NCBI GenBank assembly: GCA_049320885.1
Contig: JBMORA010000045.1
Coordinates: forward strand, 1 to 64,000
From: Thermodesulfobacteriota bacterium
Lineage (GTDB): Bacteria > Desulfobacterota > Desulfobacteria > Desulfobacterales > SURF-7
Length of the DNA: 64,000 nucleotides
Direction: 5' to 3'
A model generated the notes under the pieces. The model saw only the letters and a list, made by a program, of their open reading frames with translations, was not told the DNA's origin and did not search any database. Shown piece by piece: positions 21,163-31,484 of the stretch; the stretch's first letter is position 1; each line of letters opens with the position of its first letter. The position numbers and the translations under genes are program-made.

Positions 21163-23919
21163 TTATTCACCCATACCGTTCTTCATCATTTTTCGTAATA
21201 CATACGGCAGAATGCCGCCGTTTTCAAAATAGGTGACTTCCACCATCGTATCCAGACGCGCCACCGCTTCGAAGCGAATCCGCCCGCCGTCCGGTTTTTC
21301 AGCAGTGACCACAACGGTTTTGCGTGGCTTCATTTCCTTAATCCCGCTGATGGAGAAGATTTCACCGCCGTTCAGGCCCAGCTTCCTCCAGCTGTCGCCT
21401 TCCATGAACACCAGGGGCAGCACGCCCATACCCACCAGGTTGCTCCGATGAATGCGTTCGAAGGATTCGGCGATAACGGCCCGCACTCCCAGCAGCAGGG
21501 TTCCCTTGGCGGCCCAGTCCCGGGAAGAGCCGGTGCCGTATTCCTTCCCGCCCAGCACCAAAAGGGGCGTCCCTTCCCTTGCGTAGGCCATGGAAGCATC
21601 GTAGATGAACATTTCCTCCCGCTGCGGCTGCTTGAGGGTCAGACTGCCCTGCTTGGGGACGACCAGTTGGTTCTTGATGCGGATGTTGCCGAAGGTCCCG
21701 CGCATCATGACTTCATGGTTGCCCCGGCGGGAACCGTAGGAATTGAAGTCCGCCGGCGCCACCTGTTTGTCGGCCAGATACCTGCCCGCCGGGTAGGCTT
21801 CGGGGATGGCTCCGGCAGGTGAAATGTGATCGGTGGTGACGGAGTCGCCCAGCAGCAGAAGCGCCCGCCCGCCGGAAAAGTCACCCGGAGGAACGGGTTC
21901 GGCGGACATTCGTTCAAAATAAGGCGGATGGCGGATATACGTGGAAGCTGGGTCCCATTCGAAGGTAAGGCTGCGGATATCGGGCAATTCCTTCCAGAAC
22001 CGGTCGCCTTCGAAAATCCGTCCGTATTCTTCCTCAAACAAGGCGCCGGAGACATACTTCTCCGTCAACCGGTTGATTTCCGTCGAAGAGGGCCAGATAT
22101 CCCTCAAATAAACCGGCTCACCGTTGGGATCCATGCCGAGGGGGTCGGTGTGCGGATTGATACCGATCTCGCCGGCCAGCGCAAAGGCCACCACCAGCAT
22201 GGGAGACATGAGATAATTTCCCTTGACGAACTGGTGGATGCGGGCTTCGAAATTGCGGTTGCCGGAGAGCACCGCCGCGACGCTCAAATCTTTTTCGGAA
22301 ATGGCGGTTTCGATTTCGGGTCGCAAGGGACCGCTGTTGCCGATGCAGGTGGTGCAACCGAATCCCACCGGATGAAAACCGAGGGCCATCAGATATGGCA
22401 TCAGTCCGCTTTCGGTCAGGTAGTCGATGACGACTTTCGATCCGGGGGCGAAAGAGGTCTTGACATGGGCGGGGACCCGCAACCCTTTTTCCACCGCCTT
22501 TCTGGCCATGAGCCCGGCGCCGATCAAGACAAACGGATTGGATGTATTGGTGCAGGAAGTGATGGCGGCAATGACGATGCTGCCGTCTCCGAGATGCACA
22601 ACCCGTCCATCCAGTTCAATGGCCACCTGGTGCGCCTTCCCCGGAATACAGACATCGCTTCTGCTCGTCCGACTGCCGGATTCGTCATGAAAGGTGGACA
22701 CATGCTCCATGGCCGCGTCCCGCTTGTAGTTGCAGCCCATGAAGGAATCGACGCTCGCCTTCAGATCGGCAAGCCGGATACGGTCCTGGGGACGAGCCGG
22801 ACCGGCCACCGATGCCTCGATGTCATCGAGACAAAGCTCCAGAACCTTGGTGTATTCCGGTTCCGCGCCCGGCTCATAGAACAAACCGGTTTCCCGCGCA
22901 TATGCTTCCGCGATGTCCGCCCGATCCTTGCGTCCCGTCATTCTCAGATAGTCGATAGTTTTTTCATCGATGGGGAAAAAGCCGATGGTGGCGCCGTATT
23001 CAGGGGCCATATTGGCGATGGTGGCGCGATCAGTGATGGTGAGCCGTCGCATCCCTTCGCCGAAAAATTCCACGAATTTCTCCACCACCTTCTGTTGACG
23101 CAGCATTTGGGTAACGGTCAAAACCAGATCGGTGGCGGTGACTCCTTCCCGCAACGCTCCCGTCATATGGACGCCGATGACCTCCGGAATGGCCATATAA
23201 TACGGTTGCCCCAGCATGACCGCTTCCGCCTCGATACCGCCGACACCCCAACCCACCACACCGATGCCGTTGATCATGGTCGTATGAGAATCCGTGCCCA
23301 CCAAGGTGTCCGGATAAGCAAATTCCCGGCCGGCCTTATTCTCCGAAAACACCACCTGCCCCAGATGCTCCAGGTTCACCTGATGGCAAATGCCGGAATT
23401 GGGCGGCACCACCCGAAAATTGGAAAAACTCCGCTGCGCCCATTTCAGCAACGTGTAGCGCTCGGAATTCCGCTGATATTCCAGCGCCACGTTTTTACCC
23501 AGGGAATCAGTGGTTCCGAAGCAGTCCACCTGAACGGAATGATCCACCACCAGGTCCACCGGAACCACCGGATTGATCCTGCGGGGGTCTCCGCCCATGG
23601 CCGCGACCGCGTCCCGCATGGCCGCAAGGTCCACCACCGCGGGCACTCCGGTGAAATCCTGCATCAACACCCGCGCCGGATGGTATGGTATTTCAACCGG
23701 CTGTTCATAGGACTTCCGCCAGCCGGCGATTTGTTTCAAATCCGCTTCCGTGACGATCTCGTCATCCAGATGGCGCAGCAGGTTTTCCACAAGAACGCGG
23801 ATGGAAAAAGGCAATTTTGAAATCCGGCCCGCGCCGGTTTTTTCCAGACGCGTGATATCATAGCCATGGATTTCTTTTCCGGAAACCCGGATGGCCCGTA
23901 CAAACTCCTCTTTCTTCAT
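21163..23919 (-). CDS. acnA: Aconitate hydratase A
   Basis: RVLMQDFTGVP, DHSVQVD, TSCTNTSNP, GCTTCIGNSG, GSSRDWAAKG. Confidence 0.97.
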   Translation of the reverse strand: MKKEEFVRAIRVSGKEIHGYDITRLEKTGAGRISKLPFSIRVLVENLLRHLDDEIVTEADLKQIAGWRKSYEQPVEIPYHPARVLMQDFTGVPAVVDLAAMRDAVAAMGGDPRRINPVVPVDLVVDHSVQVDCFGTTDSLGKNVALEYQRNSERYTLLKWAQRSFSNFRVVPPNSGICHQVNLEHLGQVVFSENKAGREFAYPDTLVGTDSHTTMINGIGVVGWGVGGIEAEAVMLGQPYYMAIPEVIGVHMTGALREGVTATDLVLTVTQMLRQQKVVEKFVEFFGEGMRRLTITDRATIANMAPEYGATIGFFPIDEKTIDYLRMTGRKDRADIAEAYARETGLFYEPGAEPEYTKVLELCLDDIEASVAGPARPQDRIRLADLKASVDSFMGCNYKRDAAMEHVSTFHDESGSRTSRSDVCIPGKAHQVAIELDGRVVHLGDGSIVIAAITSCTNTSNPFVLIGAGLMARKAVEKGLRVPAHVKTSFAPGSKVVIDYLTESGLMPYLMALGFHPVGFGCTTCIGNSGPLRPEIETAISEKDLSVAAVLSGNRNFEARIHQFVKGNYLMSPMLVVAFALAGEIGINPHTDPLGMDPNGEPVYLRDIWPSSTEINRLTEKYVSGALFEEEYGRIFEGDRFWKELPDIRSLTFEWDPASTYIRHPPYFERMSAEPVPPGDFSGGRALLLLGDSVTTDHISPAGAIPEAYPAGRYLADKQVAPADFNSYGSRRGNHEVMMRGTFGNIRIKNQLVVPKQGSLTLKQPQREEMFIYDASMAYAREGTPLLVLGGKEYGTGSSRDWAAKGTLLLGVRAVIAESFERIHRSNLVGMGVLPLVFMEGDSWRKLGLNGGEIFSISGIKEMKPRKTVVVTAEKPDGGRIRFEAVARLDTMVEVTYFENGGILPYVLRKMMKNGMGE

Positions 23920-23938
23920 GAGTATCTCCCTTGGATCA

Positions 23939-24733
23939 TCATTTTACCGGCGGCAGAAAAGGCATCGCCAGCAGGTGCTGGATATCCAGTTTCTTCTCCT
24001 GGATATGCCCGTCCACACCGTACCAGATACGTTCCTGATAGACACCGGTTCGCATAGTGCCGAACAACCTGTCCCAGACGGAAAAACACCTGCCGAAATT
24101 GGTGTGGCGCTCCTCCGTATCCACGGAATGATGAACGCGATGCATGCCGGGTGGCACGAACAGCAGCCACAACAACCGCTCCAATCCCCAGGGTAACCGC
24201 AGACTCGTATGGCGGATCTGGTCGCTCAGCAGATAGAACAGTTCAAAGATCAAAACCCCCACGGGATCCGCGCCCAAAAAGTAATAGCCCGCCGTTCTCG
24301 CCATGGCCGACAGAACCACCTCGAAAAGGTGCCGGCGCAGGGATGTGGATACATCCACGTTCAGATCCGTATGATGGACCCGGTGAATACGCCACAGAAG
24401 CGGCAGACGATGCAGCAGGACATGCCCCAAAAAAAGCAACAGGTCCATGGTAACTATGGTATCGAGCACTTTCAGCCACCGCGGCACATTGAAAAAATGG
24501 AGCAGACCCGATTGCTGGGTGGAGGAATGAGCCGCCACACCGACCATCATCGTCGTGAACAACAGTTGCAGGATGACCGTATTGACGACACCGAGACCGA
24601 TATTGTTCAGCCACCTTTTCAGTTTGGAAACCGAGCTTTCCCGGTAGGGCAGGATCGTTTCCAGCAAAAGGAACACCATCAGTCCGCCACATAGAATCAG
24701 CAGCCGGATCATGTCATAGCTGATCTTCTCCAT
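23939..24733 (-). CDS. Sterol desaturase/fatty-acid hydroxylase superfamily membrane protein
   Basis: His boxes HVLLH, HRVHH and HRVHH; NFG...WDRLFGT; TM helices. Confidence 0.85.
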   Translation of the reverse strand: MEKISYDMIRLLILCGGLMVFLLLETILPYRESSVSKLKRWLNNIGLGVVNTVILQLLFTTMMVGVAAHSSTQQSGLLHFFNVPRWLKVLDTIVTMDLLLFLGHVLLHRLPLLWRIHRVHHTDLNVDVSTSLRRHLFEVVLSAMARTAGYYFLGADPVGVLIFELFYLLSDQIRHTSLRLPWGLERLLWLLFVPPGMHRVHHSVDTEERHTNFGRCFSVWDRLFGTMRTGVYQERIWYGVDGHIQEKKLDIQHLLAMPFLPPVK

Positions 24734-24809
24734 GGTTCCATTTCCTTTCCAGGTTCACGGCGTTGGCCTCTTCGTTACCGCGTTACGGTTTTCGGCTGTC
24801 GGCTGCGGA

Positions 24810-25988
24810 TCATCGGTTGTCAATGGGCACAAAAGCGCATTCATCCGGACCGCAGTAATCGCCGATATACTCCGATTCCGGCCGATACAACATGGGCTTC
24901 GGGGCGGCGCCGGCAAACTGCTCCTCGAGCACGTGGGCGACCCAGCCGGCGGTTCTGGCCATGGCGAAAACCGGCGTGAACAGGTCGACCGGAATGCCCA
25001 TGTAGTAATAAAGGGATGCGCTGTAGAAATCGACGTTGACGAAAATATCGCTTCCTTTTTTTTCCTTGAAGGCTTTCTTGCCGGCAACTTCCAGTCTGGC
25101 TGAAATTTCGTACCATTTGGGTTCACCGGTTCTTTCCCCCATGATCCTGGACATGGGTGCGAGGATATGGGCCCTGGGATCATCCACTTCGTATACCGCG
25201 TGGCCCAGCCCCATGATTTTTCCGCCGGTCTCCAGCAGCTCGTAGATATAGGAATCGATCCTTTCCTCGGCGCCGATCTCCAGCAGCATCTCCATGACCC
25301 GGGTATTGGCCCCACCATGGAGTTCGCCGGACAGGGAGCCCACGGCAGCCCCAACCGCCGCATACAAGTGCGCCCGTGTCGAGGCCACCTCCCTTGCGGC
25401 GAACGTCGACGCATTGAAGGAATGCTCCGCGTGTAACACCAGGGCGGCATCGAAGAAACCGGTCAGTTCCTTGTCCGGAACGGTCCCTGTAAGCATATAG
25501 AGAAAATTGGCTGCGTGGCCCAGCTCCGGCATGGGTGTCAGTGGTTCCTGGTTGTTTCTGATCCTGTCCCAGGCGGCGACGATGGTCGGAATTTTCGCGA
25601 TCAGCCGGATTCCCATATCCATCGTCGCATCCTGGGATTTTCGTCGGATATCGGGATCATGGGCTGCCAGTACCGCCACGGCCGCCTGGAGCACATCCAT
25701 CGGTAACGCTTGCCCGGGAAGCGTTTTCAGGGCGGCGATAACCTCCGCTGAAACAGCCCGCTCGTTCGCCAGACGCGACTGGATCACCGCCAGTTCCCGA
25801 TGATTGGGGAGCTTTTCAAACAGCAGCAGATGTATGACCTCCTCAAAAGTCGTTTTCCCCGCCAGTTCCTTGGCCAGATATCCACGATACAGAAGCTTGC
25901 CGGCCTTGCCGTCCACATCACTGATGCGCGTCGTCGCGATGGTCACCCCGCGCAGACCGGTATTGAGGATGTTTTTCGATTCGTTCAT
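24810..25988 (-). CDS. gltA: Citrate (Si)-synthase, short type
   Basis: GKLLYRGY, HAEHSFNASTF, LHGGAN, GLGHAVY, DPR, NVDFYS. Start at ATG 25988. A PrpC-like activity is not excluded. Confidence 0.85.
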   Translation of the reverse strand: MNESKNILNTGLRGVTIATTRISDVDGKAGKLLYRGYLAKELAGKTTFEEVIHLLLFEKLPNHRELAVIQSRLANERAVSAEVIAALKTLPGQALPMDVLQAAVAVLAAHDPDIRRKSQDATMDMGIRLIAKIPTIVAAWDRIRNNQEPLTPMPELGHAANFLYMLTGTVPDKELTGFFDAALVLHAEHSFNASTFAAREVASTRAHLYAAVGAAVGSLSGELHGGANTRVMEMLLEIGAEERIDSYIYELLETGGKIMGLGHAVYEVDDPRAHILAPMSRIMGERTGEPKWYEISARLEVAGKKAFKEKKGSDIFVNVDFYSASLYYYMGIPVDLFTPVFAMARTAGWVAHVLEEQFAGAAPKPMLYRPESEYIGDYCGPDECAFVPIDNR

Positions 25989-26034
25989 GTATCCCTTTCT
26001 CCAGGAAGGTTTTCTTGTCAAGCGGTCGATCCTG

Positions 26035-26247
26035 TCACTCGTCCAGCCACATCTCCGCTTCGTTGCCGCAGTGTTTGCAGGTAATGGATTGTTTCTTTCG
26101 CCCTTTCGGTTTTGTTGATCCGCTTGCCGCCTTCCCGGTCTTGACCTCCTGCGCCTCCGTTTCATCCGGGAGGGTGCAGGTGATCACCATCTCCGCCTCA
26201 TTGCCGCAGTGTTTGCATTCACAGACTTGCTTTTGGGTTGTTTCCAT
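26035..26247 (-). CDS. 70-aa protein with two CKHCGNEAEM repeats (putative metal-binding mini-protein)
   Basis: AGGAGG RBS before ATG 26247; duplicated CxxC motif; lies inside an operon. Confidence 0.75.
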   Translation of the reverse strand: METTQKQVCECKHCGNEAEMVITCTLPDETEAQEVKTGKAASGSTKPKGRKKQSITCKHCGNEAEMWLDE

Positions 26248-26316
26248 CCATATTCCTCCTGCTGCCATTGATGATATTTGGTGAATTATTTTGGAACCGG
26301 CGGGGGTTGCGGCCGG

Positions 26317-26652
26317 CTAAAATACCTGTTTCTCCGGCGGCCGTCGTTCCGGCACGAACGGATGCGGGATGCTTCCTGCGTTCCAGGCCGCTGACACGTA
26401 AAGATTGCAATAACAGCTTCCGTATTCCTCCACATCCGGCGCCCGGTAGACGCAGGGGCAGAAAATATCCTTGTCCTGCTCGCGGTCGCCGCTGGCCAGC
26501 CGGCATGGACAAGCCATGTACCCGTACCTGGCCTTGTTTGTCAATAACGCTTCCAGCAGCTCGAAAACGCGTTCCTTGTCGCTGTTGAAATAATAGCCCT
26601 TGGGCTCCTGGATTTTTCTGAGCGTTTCGTAGAGTCTCTCGATTTCGGTCAT
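26317..26652 (-). CDS. Ferredoxin:thioredoxin reductase catalytic subunit-like protein
   Basis: CPCR...CPC...CYC motif set; ATG 26652 overlaps the glutaredoxin stop. Confidence 0.9.
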   Translation of the reverse strand: MTEIERLYETLRKIQEPKGYYFNSDKERVFELLEALLTNKARYGYMACPCRLASGDREQDKDIFCPCVYRAPDVEEYGSCYCNLYVSAAWNAGSIPHPFVPERRPPEKQVF

Positions 26653-26903
26653 TCCTTGAGCGCCTCCTTGATCTCCTTTTCCTTGTAACCCACGATCACC
26701 GTATCCTTGATGACAATGGTGGGGAAGGAGCATCGCTGGTTGTATCGTTTCACCTCTTCGATAACCGCCTTGCGTTCATCGCCCTGGAGCAGGTCGACAT
26801 CGACAGCATCATATTCAATAGCGAGTTCGTTCAGCAATTTTTTGCAGGCCTTGCAGTGACTGCAGGTGCTGAGGGAAAATATTTTGACTGAATTCGAAGC
26901 CAT
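26649..26903 (-). CDS. Glutaredoxin/NrdH-like redoxin
   Basis: TCSHC active site, SFPT cis-Pro motif, IVGY. Confidence 0.9.
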   Translation of the reverse strand: MASNSVKIFSLSTCSHCKACKKLLNELAIEYDAVDVDLLQGDERKAVIEEVKRYNQRCSFPTIVIKDTVIVGYKEKEIKEALKE

Positions 26904-26917
26904 TTTTGTTCCTTTCC

Positions 26918-28288
26918 TTATTGTACCGAAAACAACCGATTGATCTCATCTTTTGCCATAATTCCCTCCTCCAGTGCAACCGTTTTGACGGTTTTCCCGG
27001 TTTCAAAGGCCTTCCGGGCGATTTCCGCCGCCTTATCATAGCCGATATAGGGCACCAGATGGGTGACCAGGGCAAGGCTTTTCTCGATGTTTTGTTCGCA
27101 TCGTTCCCGATCGGCGGCAATCCCTTCAATGCATTTCGCGGCGAACACTTCGGCGGCATTCGCCAGAATCGTTATGGATTGCATCAGGTTATGGGCGATC
27201 ACCGGCAGCATGGTGTTGAGTTCGAAAGTTCCGCCACCGCCGGCCAGCGCGATGGTGGTGTCGTTTCCCGCAACCTGGGCGCAAACCTGCATGACCGCCT
27301 CCGGGATCACGGGGTTCACCTTGCCCGGCATGATGGAGGAACCGGGCTGGAGCGACGGCAGGATGATCTCACCCAGCCCGCACCGCGGGCCGGACGAGAG
27401 CCAGCGGATGTCATTGGCAATCTTCATGAGACCCATGGCCAGGGTTTTCAGCTGCCCGCTGGTCTCCACCGCCGTGTCGCAGGCGGCCTGGGCCTCGAAA
27501 TGATTGGCAGTTTCGCGGAAATCAATGCCCGTGGCCGCTGCAATCCGTGCAATGGTCCTGGCCGCGAAACCGGGATGGGCATTGAGCCCGGTTCCCACAG
27601 CCGTGCCACCGAGAGCCAGGAACCGGAGCCTGTCCGCCGGGCCTTCCAGCCGTTCGAGCCCCAACTCCATCTGCCGGGCATAGCCCGAAAATTCCTGGCC
27701 GAGGGTTATGGGCACGGCATCCTGGAGATGGGTCCGTCCGATTTTCCATATTTCATTGAATTCTTTTGATTTATCCACAAGAGAACCCCACAGGCGAAGC
27801 AGGCAGGGCATCAGCCGCTTGCGCATGGCCGACAGGGCGGCGATATGGATGGCGCTGGGAATCACGTCATTGCTGGACTGGCAAAGATTGACATGATCGT
27901 TGGGATGCACCGGCGTTTTGAACTGCTTGGTTCCGGTCAGGATTTCGTTGGCGCGCACAGCGATGACCTCATTGACGTTCATGTTGGTGGAGGTCCCGGA
28001 TCCGGTCTGGAAAACATCCACCACAAACTGATCCGCAAAACCGCCGGACAGGATCTCTGCCGCGGCCTGGATCACGGCTTCGGCCTTGTCGGGTGGGAGC
28101 AGCCCGAACTCCCTGTTCGTTTGGGCGGCGCATTGTTTGATCAGCGCCACGGCTGAAATCAATTCCCGGGGCAAGCCCATGCCGCTGATGGGAAAATTCT
28201 CCCGCGCCCTCTGGGTCTGGGGGCCATAATAACTTTGCCTGGGTATGAGCACCCTTCCGAGGGAATCGTTATATTCCGTCCAGTCCAT
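26918..28288 (-). CDS. fumC: Class II fumarate hydratase
   Basis: QTGSGTSTNMN, KIGRTHLQDA, GSSIMPGKVNP; start ATG 28288 with AAGGAGG RBS. Confidence 0.93.
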   Translation of the reverse strand: MDWTEYNDSLGRVLIPRQSYYGPQTQRARENFPISGMGLPRELISAVALIKQCAAQTNREFGLLPPDKAEAVIQAAAEILSGGFADQFVVDVFQTGSGTSTNMNVNEVIAVRANEILTGTKQFKTPVHPNDHVNLCQSSNDVIPSAIHIAALSAMRKRLMPCLLRLWGSLVDKSKEFNEIWKIGRTHLQDAVPITLGQEFSGYARQMELGLERLEGPADRLRFLALGGTAVGTGLNAHPGFAARTIARIAAATGIDFRETANHFEAQAACDTAVETSGQLKTLAMGLMKIANDIRWLSSGPRCGLGEIILPSLQPGSSIMPGKVNPVIPEAVMQVCAQVAGNDTTIALAGGGGTFELNTMLPVIAHNLMQSITILANAAEVFAAKCIEGIAADRERCEQNIEKSLALVTHLVPYIGYDKAAEIARKAFETGKTVKTVALEEGIMAKDEINRLFSVQ

Positions 28289-28342
28289 CACCACCTCCTT
28301 TCCCGGGAACATCCCCATGTCCATCCCGAAGGCAATCACCTG

Positions 28343-29068
28343 TCAAGGATCGATGTTCCGGTCTTTCCGGTTGCCCTGCATCCATGGCTGTAAAATTCGC
28401 AAAAACCGCGCTGTTGTCACGGCAGGTTCACTGGTTTTTTCCAGCCCGGCGATGAGCTGTTTCAGATCGTCCCGGGTGTCGATATCGCGCCAGCGGGGCA
28501 GCTGATGCACCGAACGTCCCTTCCGGCGAAATCGCGAAAGGGTTTCGGTCAATACCGTGTCGGTACTCCAGGGAATTCCGGCGAACAGATCCGGATCATA
28601 GGTTTCCGGCTTCAGACCGATCAGGTAATACCCACCGTCAAATGTGGGGCCGATCACCGCGTCCTGCGTTGCCAGCGCCGCGAATCCTTCCCGGATGATG
28701 TAAATGGGCAGATCCGGAATATCCGTGCCCATCAGCAGTACCCGCGTGTATCCTTCCCCGAAAGTGTCCGTGAACGCCCGGGCCATTTTCATTCCCAGGG
28801 AGCCCGGGCCCTGGGCCCTGCACTCACCGACATGTCCCAACCATTCCCGGATGAAATCCCCGCTCTCCGGCGGATGGAAAAATATCCGGATGGTTTCTTC
28901 GCAGGCAACCACGGAGGCCGCAATATCCTCCACAAAACACCGGTACAGCTCCGCCGCCAGCTCCGGGGTCATTTCCCGAGCCAGTCTGGTTTTTACTTTT
29001 CCGGCTTCCGGCGCTTTCAAAAACAGCAGGAGACAATCCCGGCTCTTTCGCTCTGTTGTTGCCGACAT
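28343..29068 (-). CDS. TIGR04282/DUF2064-family glycosyltransferase-like protein
   Basis: KAPEAGKVKTRL, LMGTDIPDL, IGPTFDGGYYLIG, DIDT. Confidence 0.85.
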   Translation of the reverse strand: MSATTERKSRDCLLLFLKAPEAGKVKTRLAREMTPELAAELYRCFVEDIAASVVACEETIRIFFHPPESGDFIREWLGHVGECRAQGPGSLGMKMARAFTDTFGEGYTRVLLMGTDIPDLPIYIIREGFAALATQDAVIGPTFDGGYYLIGLKPETYDPDLFAGIPWSTDTVLTETLSRFRRKGRSVHQLPRWRDIDTRDDLKQLIAGLEKTSEPAVTTARFLRILQPWMQGNRKDRNIDP

Positions 29069-29102
29069 TCACGTTCTCCGGTTTTCCACCGGGAGGATGG
29101 TT

Positions 29103-31031
29103 TCACTTCCGGTGAGGCCCGTTCATCCGGAACCGTTCAAAGGCCATGAGCATTCTAGGCGCGGACGCGGGATTGGACGCTATCCGGGACATCACCGCTT
29201 GAATGGTTGCCTCCGCCAGGGACCGGTATCGCTCCTCCCCGGTGTTTTCCGCCATGCGGATCAGGTTCATCGCCGCGATGGAGTTGGATGACGGCACCAC
29301 CGTGTCATGGACTTCCTTGACGCGGACGATCAGATACGGATCTTGGCCCCGCCCCGTCAGGAAAAAGCCCGCGCCGGTTTCGGCATCCCAGAAACGGCGG
29401 ATCAGTTCCTCGTTCAGCCCCAGGGCTGCTTTCAGCCATTCCGGATCCCCATCCGCTCCATGCAAATCCAGCAGGGACCGGATGAAAAACGCATAGTCGC
29501 TGGCCAAGCCCTGCCTTCCCCTGATCCCGGCGCACCAAGTCCGGTACAGGGTTCCGGTGTCCGCGTCGAAAAGCGTCCGTATAATGAAACCGGCGGCTTT
29601 CCGGGCCGCCTGGAGATACGATTCGCTTCCCGTCAAGGCCTGCGCTTTGACAAGCGCCGAGATCATCAGGCCGTTCCAGGAGGTGATGATCTTGTCATCC
29701 CGGTCGGGCCGGACCCGTTTTCCGCGTTCCAGAAACAGGCGCTGTCCGGCGGCCGCAAGACGTCCGGCGGTTTCCTCCGGATCAAGGCCGAATCTTCCGG
29801 CCGTTTCCTCCAGGCTCCGGGCGGCGAATACAATATTGCCGCCTTTGAATTCACCATGGGGGTCAGCCGTCACATTGCCCCCCGGGGCCAGCCCGTATCG
29901 GAAACCCAGCATTTCCGCCATGGAAGCACCCAGCAGGGAACGGATCTCCTCCCAAGTCCAGAGATAAAAAGCCCCTTCCCGTTTTTCACCGCCGCCCCCC
30001 GGCGGCGCCGAATGGCCATTCGGACTGTCCGCATCCTCGGCGCTGTGGAAACCTCCGCCGGGATGGGTCATATCCCGCAGCACATAACCGATCGTATCCT
30101 CGGCCGTTTTCCGAAACAAGCGCTCACCGGTGATCCGGTAGGCCTCGAGATAGGTTTCAATCAGCTGGGCGTTATCATACAGCATTTTTTCAAAATGCGG
30201 CACCCGCCAATCGGCATCGGTGGCGTACCGGTGGAATCCGCCGCCCAGATGGTCGTAAATGCCGCCGGCCGCCATGGCCCTCAGGGTTTTGACGGCCATT
30301 TCCAGGACCGGCGGCCGCCCATGATCGGCGACTCCCGCTGGCTCTCCCAGCTGGTGATAAAACATCAGAAAATCCAGGACGCCGGCCGAAGGAAATTTGG
30401 GCGCCCGACCGAAACCGCCTCTTTGGTCATCATACGCTTCGCCCAGGGCCTTGCAGGCCTGCTCCAGAATGACCTTGTCCGGCATCCCGCCGCCGGGTTT
30501 CAAGGACAGGGCCGTATCCACCAGACGGGTCAATTCGGCTGCGGAATGAAGCAGGCGCCGGCGTTTTTCCGGATGATCCCAGGCGTCGTGGACCACCTGC
30601 AGCAAATCCGGCCAGGAGATCACCCCGAACCTCGCGGTGGACGGAAAATAGGTGCCGCCATGAAAAGGCCGCAGCTCCGGTGTCAGAAACACGTTCAGGG
30701 GCCAGCCGGCCGATCCGGTGACGGCGGACACGGCCGTGATATAAATCTCATCCAGATCCGGGCGTTCTTCCCGATCCACCTTGATGTTCACAAAATACCG
30801 GTTCATGATAGCCGCGATGGCGGCATTTGAAAAGGATTCTTTTTCCATCACATGGCACCAGTGGCAGGTGGAATATCCGATGGAGAGTATAATGGGCTTA
30901 TCCTCCCGGCGGGCTTTTTCCACCGCCGCATCCCCCCAGGGATACCAATCCACCGGATTGTGGGCATGCTGCAGCAGATAGGGACTGGTCTCATGGATCA
31001 AATGATTGGGGTTCCTCGATTGCATGCTCAT
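29103..31031 (-). CDS. YyaL/DUF255 thioredoxin-domain protein (SPATA20-like)
   Basis: [32 protein letters not shown]; start at 31031 with RBS. Confidence 0.9.
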   Translation of the reverse strand: MSMQSRNPNHLIHETSPYLLQHAHNPVDWYPWGDAAVEKARREDKPIILSIGYSTCHWCHVMEKESFSNAAIAAIMNRYFVNIKVDREERPDLDEIYITAVSAVTGSAGWPLNVFLTPELRPFHGGTYFPSTARFGVISWPDLLQVVHDAWDHPEKRRRLLHSAAELTRLVDTALSLKPGGGMPDKVILEQACKALGEAYDDQRGGFGRAPKFPSAGVLDFLMFYHQLGEPAGVADHGRPPVLEMAVKTLRAMAAGGIYDHLGGGFHRYATDADWRVPHFEKMLYDNAQLIETYLEAYRITGERLFRKTAEDTIGYVLRDMTHPGGGFHSAEDADSPNGHSAPPGGGGEKREGAFYLWTWEEIRSLLGASMAEMLGFRYGLAPGGNVTADPHGEFKGGNIVFAARSLEETAGRFGLDPEETAGRLAAAGQRLFLERGKRVRPDRDDKIITSWNGLMISALVKAQALTGSESYLQAARKAAGFIIRTLFDADTGTLYRTWCAGIRGRQGLASDYAFFIRSLLDLHGADGDPEWLKAALGLNEELIRRFWDAETGAGFFLTGRGQDPYLIVRVKEVHDTVVPSSNSIAAMNLIRMAENTGEERYRSLAEATIQAVMSRIASNPASAPRMLMAFERFRMNGPHRK

Positions 31032-31406
31032 TGTTTCACCTCCCCTGTTGATTTCCTTCCGATTCCGCAACGGGTTTCACCGCTCCAACCGATTCAATCC
31101 AGGGGCAAACAATTTCCATGCCATCCAACGGGCAGGCGGCGGCTCAAGGCGTCTTTCTCCATCCATAACCATTTGTTTTTATGTCTATTTATAAAATAGC
31201 AGCCCGTAACGGGCCCCGCCAAGCCCTTTCATTGGAAACCAGGCGCCGGGCCGGCGACCGTGGAGCGGTCAGCCCGGATCAGGCCGATTTCATCCCCGGG
31301 AACCATTTGGCCAGGGCTGTTCCGTGTCATGTCATTACTAGAGACAGTCCTGTATCATCGTACACATTTTAGATAATTTATTAATTTATTTTAAATAGTT
31401 AAATCC

Positions 31407-31434
31407 TTGACTTCAGGGCTTCGCCCATTATCTT
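31407..31434 (+). promoter_or_regulatory. Possible sigma70 promoter of cooS
   Basis: TTGACT-N16-TATCTT with an AT-rich UP-like tract upstream. Confidence 0.4.
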
Positions 31435-31484
31435 TGCTAGTAAGGCGATCTATTCACTACATATAACCATAATGGAGGGACTGA

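Noticed and set aside
21826..23820. Long antisense ORFs (for example 21826-23820, 44513-46243, 46595-48058, 53365-55371)
   Set aside because: They are shadows of well-supported genes on the opposite strand, expected with GC-rich codon usage, and carry no recognisable motifs.
26035..26903. Selenocysteine read-through in the redox genes
   Set aside because: All active-site motifs are complete with Cys, and the TGA codons fall at natural C-termini.
31329..31345. CooA-type box TGTCA...AGACA upstream of cooS
   Set aside because: The spacer is 7 nt rather than 6, and no cooA is present in the window.
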